From Octopus vulgaris (taxonomy: Eukaryota), in contig OX597816.1 in assembly GCA_951406725.2 (NCBI GenBank), forward strand, positions 151,838,001-151,902,000: a DNA stretch of 64,000 nt, written 5' to 3'. Under the pieces are notes generated by a model. It was not told the DNA's origin and made no database searches. It saw only the letters and a list, made by a program, of their open reading frames with translations. A program made the position numbers and the translations under genes. Shown in pieces: positions 1 through 13,040 of this stretch (the stretch's first letter is position 1; each line of letters starts with the position of its first letter).

Positions 1-569
1 TTTCTCCATTTTTAAGCTAAGGGTAAAAATAGTTTTGATATGTCTTTCTCCATTTCTAAGTTAACCTTGCAAAACACAGCTGATCTTTAAACACAGATGC
101 ATAGAATAACAGCGATTAAATAATGACAGCTGAGTGCACAGCAAACATCAGTGATCTGACTGTCACCTGTACTCTTGACAGTTAGTCTTTTACACCTACC
201 AGGATTGTTCGTATTAGCCCTAGTTGCTGTATAAGGTTTCGTTCCTTTAAGAATATTGTAGAACGGAAACATTTCATAGATTGGAATTTAAATCCTAATC
301 TCTATAGAAATTTATTGTTTCAAGAAAACATTGAATTTGAATTACTTTTAACTTTTACGATTATAGATAACAACTTGGGCTGTAACTTCTGAGTCCGAGT
401 TAGGTGTGTGTGAACGATGTTAAGAGAATGTCTGCTACAAATGATATTTTTTGACACAGGGCACCTCTAAGATGGCTGTCAGACACTGAATGAAAATAAA
501 TGAATTGCAACCAGGCTCAATAAAAGGAGCCCTAGTTATTGGCTGCAATTATATACTTGAAGTTAGTGT

Positions 570-1162
570 TAGCAGAACTGGAATTTGCATCACCTGTCTG
601 GAACCCCTATCTTACCCAGGATATTAATTGTCTGGAAACCATTCAGCGATGTGCAACCAAGAGAATACCCTCCATCAGGCATTTGCCATATTCTGAATGC
701 CTTTCTTCCCTGGGCATGGATACATTGAAACTCCAGCGTCTGGCAGCTGACTTGGCAGACACCCATAAAATTATTAACCATCTTACAAACAATAACTCTG
801 AGCACCTTTTCAAACTCCACCTGTCTAACACCCGTGGACATGTTTACACAGTCAGAAAACAGCACAGCTCTCATGACTTTCGGAAATATTTTTTCACGCT
901 AAGAGTTGCTGAAGCATGGAACAAACTGCTGGCATCAGTTGTTAATTGTCGGAGCACTGCATTCTTCAAAACTTCCATGCTTCCTGAGATTCGCCAACAC
1001 TATACCTGATTTTCTCCCTTCCATACACACGCAAGCATGTATCTGATTTATACACTGTTCACTTTCCAGACATTTGTACATTACTGCATATACTTTATAC
1101 GCACTTTTGACAAGTTGTGGTGCACCTGAGCACTGTATACAATAATTTCATTATTATTATTA
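570..1162 (+). mobile_element. CR1/L2-group LINE, 3' end
   Basis: ORF 539-1009 LEFASPVWNPYL...QRCATKRI...TRGH...FFTLRVAEAWNKL is the CR1 ORF2 C-terminus. The 3' UTR ends in (TTA)n. A second 3'-end copy lies at ~9114-9335. Confidence 0.88.
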
Positions 1163-1265
1163 TGTAACTACATGTTCACTTCACTTCACTAAATTTATCC
1201 TCAGTTTAAGCCTGAACAGCCCAAGTGCCAGAGTCACCACTGATATATATATATATATATCACTT

Positions 1266-1540
1266 GATGACATGACTGACCAGGCCATCAGATGTTGCTA
1301 CACATCACTGGTCACAATGCGCTTCGCATTGTTTTAGCCTTCAATGACGCCACCCCACTGGCTAAGCGAGCAGGCCAATAGAAGAAAGAGTGAGAGAAAG
1401 TTGTGGTGAAAGAGTACAGCAGGGATCACCCCCCCCCCCCTGGAGCTTTAGGTGCCTTCACTCAATAAACACTCTGGGAATCGAAACCGCGATCCTACAA
1501 CCGCGAGTCCGCTGCCCTAACCACTGGGCCATTGCACCTC

Positions 1541-1543
<3 letters not shown>
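1266..1543 (-). mobile_element. tRNA-derived SINE
   Basis: Minus-strand head GGAGGTGCAATGGCCCAGTGGTTAGGGCAGCGGAC...GGTTTCGATTCC with A/B-box-like motifs. Same family at ~12700-12983 and 58282-58667. Confidence 0.8.
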
Positions 1544-1583
<40 letters not shown>

Positions 1584-1770
1584 CATTTTATAAAGGGCTT
1601 AGTAAAATAAATTACTTTGCCACATACTGAACTCATTAGAAATAGCAGCCAAAAAATTTTTTTAGCCATTTCTAATACTTAAAGAAAATTTCTCTCAGAT
1701 AGTGTTTACTCAAAATAACCCACGAAGGTATGGGGGTAAAAACATTAAAAAATCACAAGTGCAAAGATTA

Positions 1771-1832
1771 TTTGAGAACGTACGTTTCTAGATCAGCCAA
1801 ATACAATTCGACATTTCTTTCGTCAGCTCAAA
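1771..1832 (-). ncRNA. Type I hammerhead ribozyme, intact core
   Basis: TTTGAG-CTGACGA-[AAGAAATGTCGAATTGTATTTGGCTGATCTA]-GAA-ACGTACGT-T-CTCAAA. Stem I is 6 bp, stem III is the palindrome ACGTACGT, cleavage triplet GUU. Confidence 0.8.
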
Positions 1833-1954
1833 ATTTCTTAATTCGGATTTGTAAACACTGAAAGTAGGAGCATACCCTTTTGGCGACTTTTCACCTCCGA
1901 AGATCCGTTCAAACTATATACATATACATATATACACATATATACCATACAGAC

Positions 1955-1991
<37 letters not shown>

Positions 1992-2012
1992 TATATACAC
2001 ATACATACAGAC

Positions 2013-2060
<48 letters not shown>

Positions 2061-2589
2061 CACACACACACATAATGCATACATACATAATCATTAAAAT
2101 GAAAAATAGTTCCTACATCAAATAACTAATCTAGCTAGTCTAAAATATATTGACTTTATAAGGTCTTTTAATGCCAACATTTCACTAGAAAATGTTTTTA
2201 TCAATGGAATATCTGCCATGAACTTCAACTATAAACATTAGCAGAGAAGCTGTTACAAAGAAAAAAAAAATAGCAAAGCATATTACAACCATTAAAACAG
2301 TAACAAACTTTAGAGCCATAAAAAGTTTTCTTTGGCAATATATACTGGAAAATTTTTGCTTTTTAGTATATCAAACACAAGTGACCAAACCTCTTGCTGT
2401 TTGAAGATTGAAGGCAAGTGCATATTTGACTTCAAAATATATAATAAAGCTCAGTAGGTATAAATATTTTTGCACTTGACCACATCTCACAACTATTCTG
2501 CCAGTTCTTTGTGCAGCTATCACCTAATCTCATTAGTATAAAGAAATCACTTGCACATATTTACATAAGCATATGCATATAGCATAGAT

Positions 2590-2994
2590 ATGTGGTTGAA
2601 AAGCTTGCTTCTTCCCAACTATATAACCTCAGGTTCAGTTCCACTGTGAGGCACCATGGCCAAGAGTCTTCTACTATAGACCTGGGCTGACCAAAGCTAT
2701 GCAAGTAGTTTTGGTAGATGGAAATTGAAAGCTACCCGGCTCCTGTGCAGGTGGCATGTAAAAAACACTATTTGAGCACGGTCGTTGCCAGTACTGCCTG
2801 ACTGGCCCTCGTGCCGGTGGCACGTAAAAGCACCCACTACACACTTGGAGTGGTTGGTGTTAGGAAGGGCATCCAGCTGTAGAAACTCTGCAAGATCAGA
2901 TTGGAGACTGGTTCAATCATCTGGTTCACCATCCTTCAGTCAAATCGTCCAACCTATGCTAGCATGGAAAGTGGACATTAAACGATGATGATAA

Positions 2995-2995
<1 letters not shown>
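2590..2995 (+). mobile_element. SINE with tRNA-like head and RTE-like 3' tail ending in (TGA)n
   Basis: The 3' segment GGAGTGGTTGGTGTTAGGAAGGGCATCCAGCTGTAGAAAC...CATGGAAAGTGGACATTAAACGATGATGAT is shared with the RTE 3' end at ~34975-35130 and with many other copies. Confidence 0.7.
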
Positions 2996-3073
<78 letters not shown>

Positions 3074-3084
3074 CATACAACTTT

Positions 3085-5050
3085 ATTTATAGGTTAACAA
3101 GGCTACTGGTGGTTTCATGGTAGAGAGATTTTTTTACAGTTCTTCAAATGTACCACATAGGAAAGTCGGTACTTATCTCCATACTGGATGAGAATACATG
3201 AAGTTACAAGTGCCTGTATATGATTTCAAAAAAGATAAACAAAATAAATCAGTGAAGTAATTTACAATGAAATCTTAATTGTTATCTCCCTTGCATTATC
3301 CCTAGATTTTTGCAAGAAACTTTAAAGAAGTTAATTTCCTAGATATTAATATGAATTTTAGGACAGACAAATTTAAACCTTACCATAAACCAAATGAGGA
3401 TACCTCCTACATTGACATAGGCTCTGAACACCCACAGTCTATAAGCAAACAATTATTTAGTAGCATTAATAGGCATGTTATCAAGCTATCTGCTGATGAC
3501 GCTACTTTCAAAAAGGTCACCCTATACTTATAATACTACATTAAAAGGGTCTAATTTTATATTGAGCCAAATGTAGATAGGCCAAGAAGATGTAGACAGA
3601 GGAAAATATTATGGTGCAGTCCTCTATATAACATGAGTATAGTCATGAACACAGCCCAAAAATTCGTGAAACTAAGTGATATACACTTCCCTTACATAAA
3701 TACCACAAGGTCTTCAATAGAAATATGGTCAAAGTTAGCTGTAGTTGTTTCCCCAACATGGGGTCAATGATTTTCGATTAAAATAAAAATAACTACAGTA
3801 AGAATTTTCTCCCAAAATCTTGTATTTATACATCCCCAGATAACTATCTCCAGAACAATAGGTGGCTGGAAAAAGAATTAGTGTACAAGGCTAGTATTTT
3901 GGATTTAAACAGAGCAACAAAAACTTACATTGGAATGATGGCAAACACCTTCAAAAACAGCTATATGCAGCATTTGACTTCATTCAGAGACAAAAGCAAA
4001 AGACACACATCTTTATCCAGTATGGTATAGACACACTAGTAAAGAGAGGAGTGTGAATAATCTCCATATAAACTGAAATATCATAGCAAAAGCCATCAAA
4101 AATAGGGGATGTGGATGTAAATGCAAGCTCTGCATTACAGAAAAACTAAATATCAATACAATAACAGTGAACAAGTTAAATATTGGGGAAGAAACCTTCT
4201 CCCATTGCATGCGTACATAACAATTCATACTTCAAAACTTCAAGCATGACTCCCTCCACTTACATTACCACTCCTCCAACTTGGATAAGGTTTTTGGACA
4301 TCGATTATATATACATTATGTATTAGAAACATATATTCACATGAACTTATGTTGGATTCCTTTACTACACAGATACATGTACTTAGAACATATTTATATC
4401 ACATGATTCAGAGAAAAAAATATGTATATGAACTTATGAACATATAACTCCATGGACTAAGTCTGGTATCAAAAATTTGTGAAATCCTGTAATTATGTGC
4501 ACATACTCAAACATGAATAAAACATATGTATGTATCTATATAAATGAGTGTGCATTTGTGTGTTTGTGTATGTGTGAGTGTGTGAGTGTGTATGTCTATG
4601 TGTGTGTGTGTGTGTGTGCATGTGTGTATATGTATACTTTGTATAGGTATGTATCTGTACATAAATGTGTGTGTATATATACTCTTTTACTCTTTTACTT
4701 GTTTCAGTCATTTGACTGCGGCCATGCTGGAGCACCACCTTTATTATATATATATATGCTTACATATTTGGATGTGCACAAGCATTCTCACATGAGATGA
4801 TTTAAGAATTAATTAGTTAACTAAATCATGGTGAACACAATTTCTTGTAAAAATCCAAGACTAATACAGGGGAGGCAACAATTAAGATTTTCTTTCATTT
4901 GTCTACTTTGAAATCCTGCACAGTCACATGCAACTTCCTGTATTCGCATCCAAAATGGAGAAAGTACCAACGTTTACATGTGCTATGCTCAAATAATTGT
5001 AAAGGCCTCTCATACATGAAACCATTGGTAACTTGTTAATCCACAAATAA
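3085..5050 (+). mobile_element. Penelope-like retroelement, 5'-truncated, with inverted 5' pLTR
   Basis: Degenerate ORF ~3330-4240: VNFLDI..KPYHKPNEDTSYIDIGSEHP (RT thumb), RKILWCSP, and GIY-YIG LVYKA...TYIGMMANTFK. Segment ~3085-3240 is the reverse complement of ~4900-5047. Confidence 0.88.
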
Positions 5051-5212
5051 AAAATATTTATCCACCAATGCAGTGTTGAGTACTCATTCTCACTGTTTAA
5101 TATTAATGTGTGTGAGTGTGTGTATATATATGTATGTGCATATGCATATATATGCATATACATATATGTATATATATATGTATGTATATGTATACATAAA
5201 TACATATATATA

Positions 5213-5437
5213 CTCTTACTCTCTTTTACTCTTTTACTCTTTTATTTGTTTCAGTCATTTGACTGTGGCCATGCTGGAGCACCACCTTTAGTCGAGCAAA
5301 TCGACCCCGGGACTTATTCTTTGTAAGCCCAGTACTTATTCTATCGGTCTCTTTTGCCGAACCGCTAAGTGACGGGGACGTAAACACACCAGCATCGGTT
5401 GTCAAGCAATGCTGGAGGGACAAACACAGACACACAA

Positions 5438-5472
<35 letters not shown>

Positions 5473-5645
5473 CATATATACGACAGGCTTCTTTCAGTTT
5501 CCGTCTACCAAATCCACTCACAAGGCATTGGTCGGCCCGGGGCTATAGCTGAAGACACTTGCCCAAGATGCCACGCTGTGGGACTGAACCCGGAACCATG
5601 TGGTTGGTTAGCAAGCTACTTACCACACAGCCACTCCTGCGCCTA
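5213..5645 (-). mobile_element. tRNA-derived SINE with internal CA/TA microsatellite and (AAGAGTA)n tail
   Basis: Head GGCGCAGGAGTGGCTGTGTGGTAAG...GGTTCAGTCCC. Related copies at ~7750-8075, 25515-25900 and 58850-59290. Confidence 0.82.
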
Positions 5646-6140
5646 TGTGTACATTTTTATACATACATGTGTGGATGTGCATGTAAGTAATGTATGTATG
5701 TGTGTGTATGTGCAACACTATCATACAAACATATAAAGGTATAGATCTAGAAGCACTACAAGAGCATCAAATAGAATGCTGAATGGTACTTGTTCCAGCT
5801 CTTTGCACTCTGAGTTCAAATCCTACTGGGATCAGCTTTTGTTAAAGAGGCCCCTTTAGTCCTGTCAGAGACATGGCAATCCTTTCTAATGCTGGAGCAT
5901 TGTGTAAGTGTGGGGCTTGAGAAAACCTTTCAGTTTTGTTAAAGAAATGGAAATCTGTCTAGAGCTGGTACCACATAAAAGCACCCAGTACACTCTGTAA
6001 AGTGGAAGGGCATCTAACTGTAGAAAATAAACCAGAAACGGAACTATTGAGTAGGATATGGTCCTCCTATTGTTATAAGAGTGCTCTAATGAGCTCTCCA
6101 GTTCATGTCTGCATGGAATGTGGATATAAAGAGATGATGG

Positions 6141-6177
<37 letters not shown>

Positions 6178-6739
6178 GGATGAGGATGATGTATTCTAAA
6201 ATTATTACAATACAAATTATCCCACATAACAATTGCATTGGTAAAAAGTGAAGGTTTTAGGGAAGAAAGTATGGAAAATGTTAATGTTCATAACTGTTTC
6301 AGAGAGAAAATACTTTCAATCAGGAGCTGAAATTAGATTATGAGACATTTTGCTTCAAGGATAATTATCATGTTTTCTATCTTTTGGAGAATTATGGTTA
6401 TTTTAATGAATCCAGTTGGTACCTATCTTATTGCCCACCACTCTCACTCCCACTAGATGCAAAGTAAACTCTTTCCCAGCAAGAATTGAACTCAGAATAG
6501 TGAGTTGCTGAACTAAATATTTGAAAATTTCTAGGTCCCTGCTGTACCTTCTGGATCATCTCCATCTCCCCTTAAATATTATAATTATAATGGTTTCTAA
6601 CTTTGGCACAAGAACATAGATTTGTATTTGTAGGCAAAAAGTATAGTTAATTGAATTATCCTGAGTATACAAATGGTATGTAATTTTATCAACCATGGAA
6701 GGAGTAAAATCCAAATTAATTCAGAATATAAAGAGATTT

Positions 6740-7085
6740 AACAATTGCAGCATGGAAGGTGTTTATAAGCCATTTAAGAAACACACAAAAACCATTAGAT
6801 TCACTTCAACATTTAAATTTAATATGTCAAAATATTTACGTCACTTTGAGACAGCGACCTGTTCACTGACAAAATTCCGAGGTGCAGCATGGAATTTTTT
6901 CAGTGAACAGGTCGCGGTCTCAAAGCAACGAAAATATTTTGACAAATTAAATTTAAATGTTGAAGTGAATCTAACGGTTTTTGCGTGTTTCTTAAATGGC
7001 TTATAAACACCTTCCATGCTGCAATTGTTTTCGTTCCAGCACACGATCTCAGATCAGGTCACTTGCTGTGCAAGTACATCTCCGT
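6740..7085. mobile_element. Fold-back element: 139-bp arms, 12-nt loop, 56-bp tail, hammerhead variant in each arm
   Basis: 6740-6878 is the reverse complement of 6891-7029. Flanking direct repeat TAAAGAGATTTAA (6729-6741) / TAAAGGGATTTAA (7085-7097) is a probable TSD. Confidence 0.85.
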
Positions 7086-8079
7086 AAAGGGATTTAATCA
7101 TAAAGAAAACAACAAGGGTGCAGCTCTGACCTAAATGATAGATTACTGGAGCACACAACCAATGGTGGTGTGGTTAAGAAGCTCACTTTACGATCACATG
7201 GTTTTGTCTTTGATCTATGTGGTACCTTGAGTGAGCGTCTATCGACATAGCCTTATGTTAATCAATACCTTGTAAGTGGAATTTCGTGGATAGAAATTGT
7301 GTAAGTGTTGATTGTAAGACAGTATACTCTAGTACAGTGAGTTGCAGAGAGAAATGTTTAGGGGATGATAACAGTAAACTTGTCCTTACTGACACTGAAA
7401 AAGACATGAAAATATTATGGTTTATCTCTGCATCTGTTGGTTGGCTCTTATCTTTGTTTCTCTTGATCTGATACTTTTTCTGTGGCTGATTGTTATCTTA
7501 GATTTATTTTCATTGTATTTGTTGGTTAGCAGTGTGTTTAGTGTTAGTATTTTGCTTTGTTGTTTTTATTAAGTGTATGGGAAAATGTATTTTCTGACTA
7601 TGTTGTTTATTTGCGGAATTTATTTATTAATCTTATTGAGAGCTATTTGTTATGTGAAAGATTCGTATGTGTGCATGATTTTTTTTAGGATGGGGATCAT
7701 GTCTGTTTCTTTCATTACCAGTACCTATTTATTTATCTATTATCTTTTATTTTTTACTTTTTTCAGTCATTAGACTCTGGTCCTGCTGGTGCATCATCTT
7801 GAAGAACTTTAGTCAAATGAATTGACCCAGTACTTTTTAAAGCTGGTACTTATTCTATCAGTCTCTTTTGCTGAACCACTAAGTTGTGGCGACGTAAACA
7901 CACCGACAATGGTTGTCAAACAGTGGTGGCGGACAAATACACACACAAATGTACACACACAAATGTACACACACACACACATGTAACAGGTTTTTTTCAA
8001 TTTCCTTCTACTGAATCCACTTACAAGGCTTTGGTTAGCCTGAGGCTATAAGGGAAGACTCTTGCCCAAGGTAACACAC

Positions 8080-8279
8080 AATTTTGGGGGAGGGGTAGTC
8101 AGTTACATTGATTCCAGTGCTCAATTGGTACTTTGTTATTGATGCCAAAAAAATGACAGGCAAAATCAACCTTGGCAGAATTTGAAATCAGAATGTAAAG
8201 ACGGATGAAATGCCGTCAAACATTTTACCTGACATGCTAATGATTCTGACAGACAGCTTGCCACCCTAATAATAATAAT

Positions 8280-8335
<56 letters not shown>

Positions 8336-8600
8336 TAATCCTTTTTACTATAGGTACAAAGCCTGAAATTTTGGGGGAGGGGCTTATCAATTACTACCCC
8401 CCCCCTTCATCCCGAGCTCAACTGGTATGTATTTTATTGATTCTGAAAGGATGAAAGTGAATTCCACCACATCAGAATTTGAAAAGATGAAAGGCAAAGT
8501 TGACCTCAGCAGAATTTGAACTCAGAGTGTAAAGACAGATGAAATGCCACTAAGCATTTTACCCAGCATGCAAATGATTATGCCAGCTTGTTACCTTATC
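8080..8600 (-). mobile_element. Two Meta/Sauria-core-like SINE copies separated by (AAT)n
   Basis: Repeated CAAAGTTGACCTCAGCAGAATTTGAACTCAGA...AAGCATTTT segment. Further copies at ~30140-30350, 31915-32070, 38060-38250 and tandem copies at 50650-51240. Confidence 0.65.
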
Positions 8601-8911
8601 TCTTCTTAATATTAGTAGTTGTAAGGGCAGTGAGCTGGCAGAATCATTAGCACACTGAGCGAAATGCACAATTCACCAAAACTTTGAATCATCTTTTTTT
8701 GCTTGCCTGCAACCTGTGTTTTTGGAGTTTTTAAGGTGGTTTTTAGCGTCATTTGGCATTTATTTTCAGTACGTGGGGAGGCTTGTATCCAATCCCTTGT
8801 TGTAATTATGCATATAATTATTAATATAATATATATATATATATACACAAATGCTCAGGAGCAATAAACACTGAAAACGTGCCTCCACCACATCCCAGGG
8901 GGAAAAACTAC

Positions 8912-9110
8912 AAGTAGTTCAGAGAGCTCCTACCTCTGCTGGTGACAAAGTGCCTCTCACTCAGAGTAGAAGGTAAACTGTATGACGCATGTGTGCGAAC
9001 GGCTATGCTACATGGCAGTGAAACATGGGCCATGACTGCTGAGGACATGCATAAGCTTGCAAGGAATGAAGCCAATATTCTCCACTGGATGTGTAGTGTC
9101 AGTGTGCATA
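8912..9110 (+). mobile_element. RTE-clade LINE fragment
   Basis: FRELLPLLVTKCLSLRVEGKLYDACVRTAMLHGSETWAMT, homologous to the RTE ORF at 36405-36900. Confidence 0.8.
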
Positions 9111-10421
9111 CAACTGGCATCGGTTGTTAGTTGTCGGAGCACTGCATCCTTCAAGACTTCCATGCTTCCTGAGATTCGCCAACACTACACTTGATTTTCT
9201 CCCCTCCATACACACACAAGCATGTTCACTTTCCAGACATTTCTACATTACTGCATGTACTTTATATGCACTTTCTGACAAGTTGTGGTGCACCTGAGCA
9301 CTGTATACAATAATTTCATTATTATATATTATTATGACAGAGTTTAAGCACCCTAAGAGAAAAGTTAGGGTTAGACTGTTGTGGCTGATGACAGTACCAT
9401 CTGATTGGCACCTGTGCCAGTGGAATGTTAAAAACACCATTCGAATGTGATCATTGCCAGGGCTGCTGACTGGCTTCTGTCCCGGTGGCACGTAAAAAAG
9501 CATGATTTGAGCGTAGTCATTGCTAGTGCCGCTGGACTGGCTCCTGTGCAGGTGGCACGCAAAAAGCACCTTTTGAGTGTGGCTGATGCCAGAAACCGCC
9601 TGACTGGCCCTCATGCCAGTGGCACATAAGACCACCCCCTACACTCCCAGAGTGGTTGGCATTAGGAAGGGCATCCAGCTGTAGAAACTTTGCCAGATCA
9701 GACTGGAGGCTAGTGCAGCCTTCTGGCTTGTCAGCCCTCAGTTAAACTGTCCAACCCATGCCAGCATGGAAAACGAATGTTAAATGATGATGATGATGAT
9801 TATATATATATATATATATATGGTAGTCTCTTGTAGTCCAAGAGAGAGAAATTTCTGCAATTTCTTGCTGAACAACCTGCATAAATGAGTATTTGTTTAT
9901 AGCAATCAAATGCATGTGCTGTACATTAGCTCACACCCTCCATCAAATTGATTTTTACCTGAACAGGTGTATGGTATACACACATCAAGTGTTGAAGTGA
10001 TCACAGAACTATGTGAGATGATGGTTTTACTCAAGCATACAACACACCACCCAGTCTGGGAATTAAATCCATAATGTCATGATTGGGCGTACCACACCCT
10101 AACCACTAAACCATGTCTCCTCATACATACATAATATATAACTTATAATAATGAAGTCAAACCAAATAATGATATTTTGAAAGCATTTACATATGCACAC
10201 AGATATAAATGTATATATGTGTGTGTGTGCATGCATGTGTTTTGGGTGTACACATATATATATTAACTGCATTAACAATGTTTCATCTTGATACTTTACT
10301 GCTTTACAGAATATATCGAGGGATTTCTGGTTAATATTGTATGTATTCACAGTATTCACAGATGTATATATACATACACACACATATATATGGATATGAA
10401 TATATACTATACATGCATTAT

Positions 10422-10458
<37 letters not shown>

Positions 10459-10887
10459 CATGTTCTGGGTATGACAATAAACTGTATTCAGTGGCAAGAC
10501 TCTAGTTTGAGAGTTCAGGAGCTGTGGGAAATGTCAAGTTACCCCTTCGTTGTCATCACTCTCAGGTCTGCTCTGGCCCAAAGCTGTAGTACCTGTTAGA
10601 GCCCCTTTTATTGATTAAATAATTACCTTACTTGAGCGCCGCCAGTAAAGTATTATCAGCCACTGAAAAGAACCATGGAGAGTGTACTTAACAACACTAG
10701 GGTTAGAGTCCCTAACTACACTGTCATAGAGCAGCCTGGTCATTATGGCTTTGCTGGTTTAGAGCCACATGGAGGGCCAGTGAATGATGGATTAGCTGTC
10801 TCTGAGACACAGGACATGGCAGTGATGATGAGGAAGAAAGACCACTAGAGAGAACTCGTCCATGGATCTTGGAAATTTTACCTGCCC

Positions 10888-10979
<92 letters not shown>

Positions 10980-11060
10980 AAGACAGATAGACAGACAGAC
11001 AGATAGATAGATAAATAGATAGATAGATTGATAGATAGATTGATAGATAGATTGATAGAT
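10888..11060. repeat. (GATA)n/(GACA)n microsatellite
   Basis: Read directly from the sequence. Confidence 0.95.
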
Positions 11061-11063
11061 ATA

Positions 11064-12309
11064 CAGGGAGGTCAATCCAAGTGTAGATATTTATTTTACT
11101 TAAATTTACTTAACATTTCTTTTCTTATTTCAGAAATTTAATACTCTTAATATTTAAGGTATTATTGAAGCTAATTTGTACTTGAAATTTAATATACTTG
11201 AAGCTAGTATTTATGCTTGTATGAGTGGAATAAGTAAAGCAATTGAAGGTTTATTCAGGAAAAGGAAAACTCCAAGCAAGATTTTCAAGATTTTGAAACT
11301 CACTGTCAACAGATCAGGAGTCTATAAAGTAATCAAATAAATAAAAGATACTGGTTTTTGCTTACCAAAAGTGAGAACTACTCCACCTTGACCAGTGAGA
11401 GCTCAAAAACTCATCAAAAACACCAGAGAAAAGATCAGGCATAACCCAAAAAGAAACATCAGAAAACTTGCTTCAGAAGCTGGTACAAGCTATGGAACCA
11501 TGCATAATTTGTTGAAAAACGATCTTCAATAATTCTTATATAAGATATCAAAAGCATATCTTTTGTCTGAAGCCACAAAGAAAAAAGACTGCAAAGAGCA
11601 AGGCTTCTTCTGCATAAGCTGAGAGATGGCACGCAGCCACCAATACTGTGCACAGATGAAAAGTTATCCAGTGTGCAAGCGTGCCATAATCTATAAAATG
11701 ATCAAATATATGCAGTAAATAAAGAGGACATTCCTGTCAAAGAAAGATTATCCTTTCGGTGGCAGAAACATGCATCCATAATGATGTGGGTGGGTGTGAC
11801 CTCAAATGGCATGAAAACCCCTCTAATCTTCATTGAAGAGGGTGTAAAAATCAACCAACATGTTTATTTGGACATGTTAAAAGATAAAGTAGTCGTTTGG
11901 GTTATTGCAACAATGGGTAACAAGGTGTAACTCTCCAACAAGATGGCACAACATCTCATACAGATAAAAAATGGTGTTGAGAGAATTTCAAGGCATTCTT
12001 GCTGAAAGAGTTCTGACCCCACTCTTCACCTGGCCTGAATCTGATGGACTTTGGCATATGGTCTATCCTTGTGAGCAAATTCTGTGCTAATTCTCATATG
12101 AATCTCAGAGCCCTTGAGCACCATTTATGAAAATGTTGGGACAAAATCATCTCCAAAGAAACTGTTTATACCACTTGCTCCAAAGTTGTTCTCAGACTCT
12201 GGCAGGTAGTCTCTGCCAAGAGGGAATATATTGAAAATTAAATATATCATCTTAATCTACATTTTCTGGGCTTTATTTGAATAAATATCTGTCAATATTC
12301 CATCTGATC

Positions 12310-12316
<7 letters not shown>
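11064..12316 (+). mobile_element. Tc1/mariner transposon (maT/DD37D-like), decayed
   Basis: Interrupted ORF ~11221-12241 with ILCTDEK, MMWVGVT..KTPLIFIEEGVKINQHVYLDML, LQQDGT.SHT and PHSSPGLNLMDFGIWSIL. Imperfect TIRs CAGGGAGGTC...AGATATTT / AAATATCT...GATCACCCTC. Confidence 0.9.
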
Positions 12317-12398
<82 letters not shown>

Positions 12399-12454
12399 AT
12401 ATACACACACCCACACACAAACATACACACTTTGTATCTGGTGAAAAGATCTTC

Positions 12455-12667
12455 ATTTGCAGATTAACAGTGTTACCAATGGTTTTGTGTGGAAAGAATT
12501 TCCACAATTCCCAAGCAACCCACTTAAAAATGCTGGTAATCAGTCCCATTTTGGATTGTATTCTCATCTAAAATAGAAATTATTACCGATAATTTTAAGA
12601 GGGTCTCTTGAAAATTGTGGAAATTCTTTCCTCATGAAACCATTGGTAGTGTTGTTAATCCACAAAT
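12455..12667. repeat. Inverted pair of PLE pLTR fragments (same family as the ends of 3085-5050)
   Basis: ~12455-12515 is the reverse complement of ~12607-12667. Contains GAAACCATTGGTA, as at ~5017. Confidence 0.75.
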
Positions 12668-12980
12668 AAAGCCTATATATATATATACTTTTTTTATATG
12701 TGCCCTTTTCATGGGCCCGGTTTCCCAGTTTCTGTGGCATATGTGTTCCCCGAGCTGGACAGGATGCCAGACCATTGCAGCGTTACTCAAGAAGCAGGAA
12801 GAAAGAGTGAGAAAGTTGGGGCAAAAGAGTACAACAGGGGTCACCACCACTCCCTGCCGGAGCCTCGTGGAGCTTTAGGTGTTTTCGCTCAATAAACACA
12901 CACAACGCCCGGTCTGGGAATCGAAAGCGCTATCCTCCGACCGTGAGTCCACTGCCCTAACCACTGTGCCATTGCACCTC

Positions 12981-13040
<60 letters not shown>

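Noticed and set aside
1474-1543. tRNA gene
   Set aside because: It is the tRNA-like head of a multicopy SINE. No full cloverleaf with acceptor stem.
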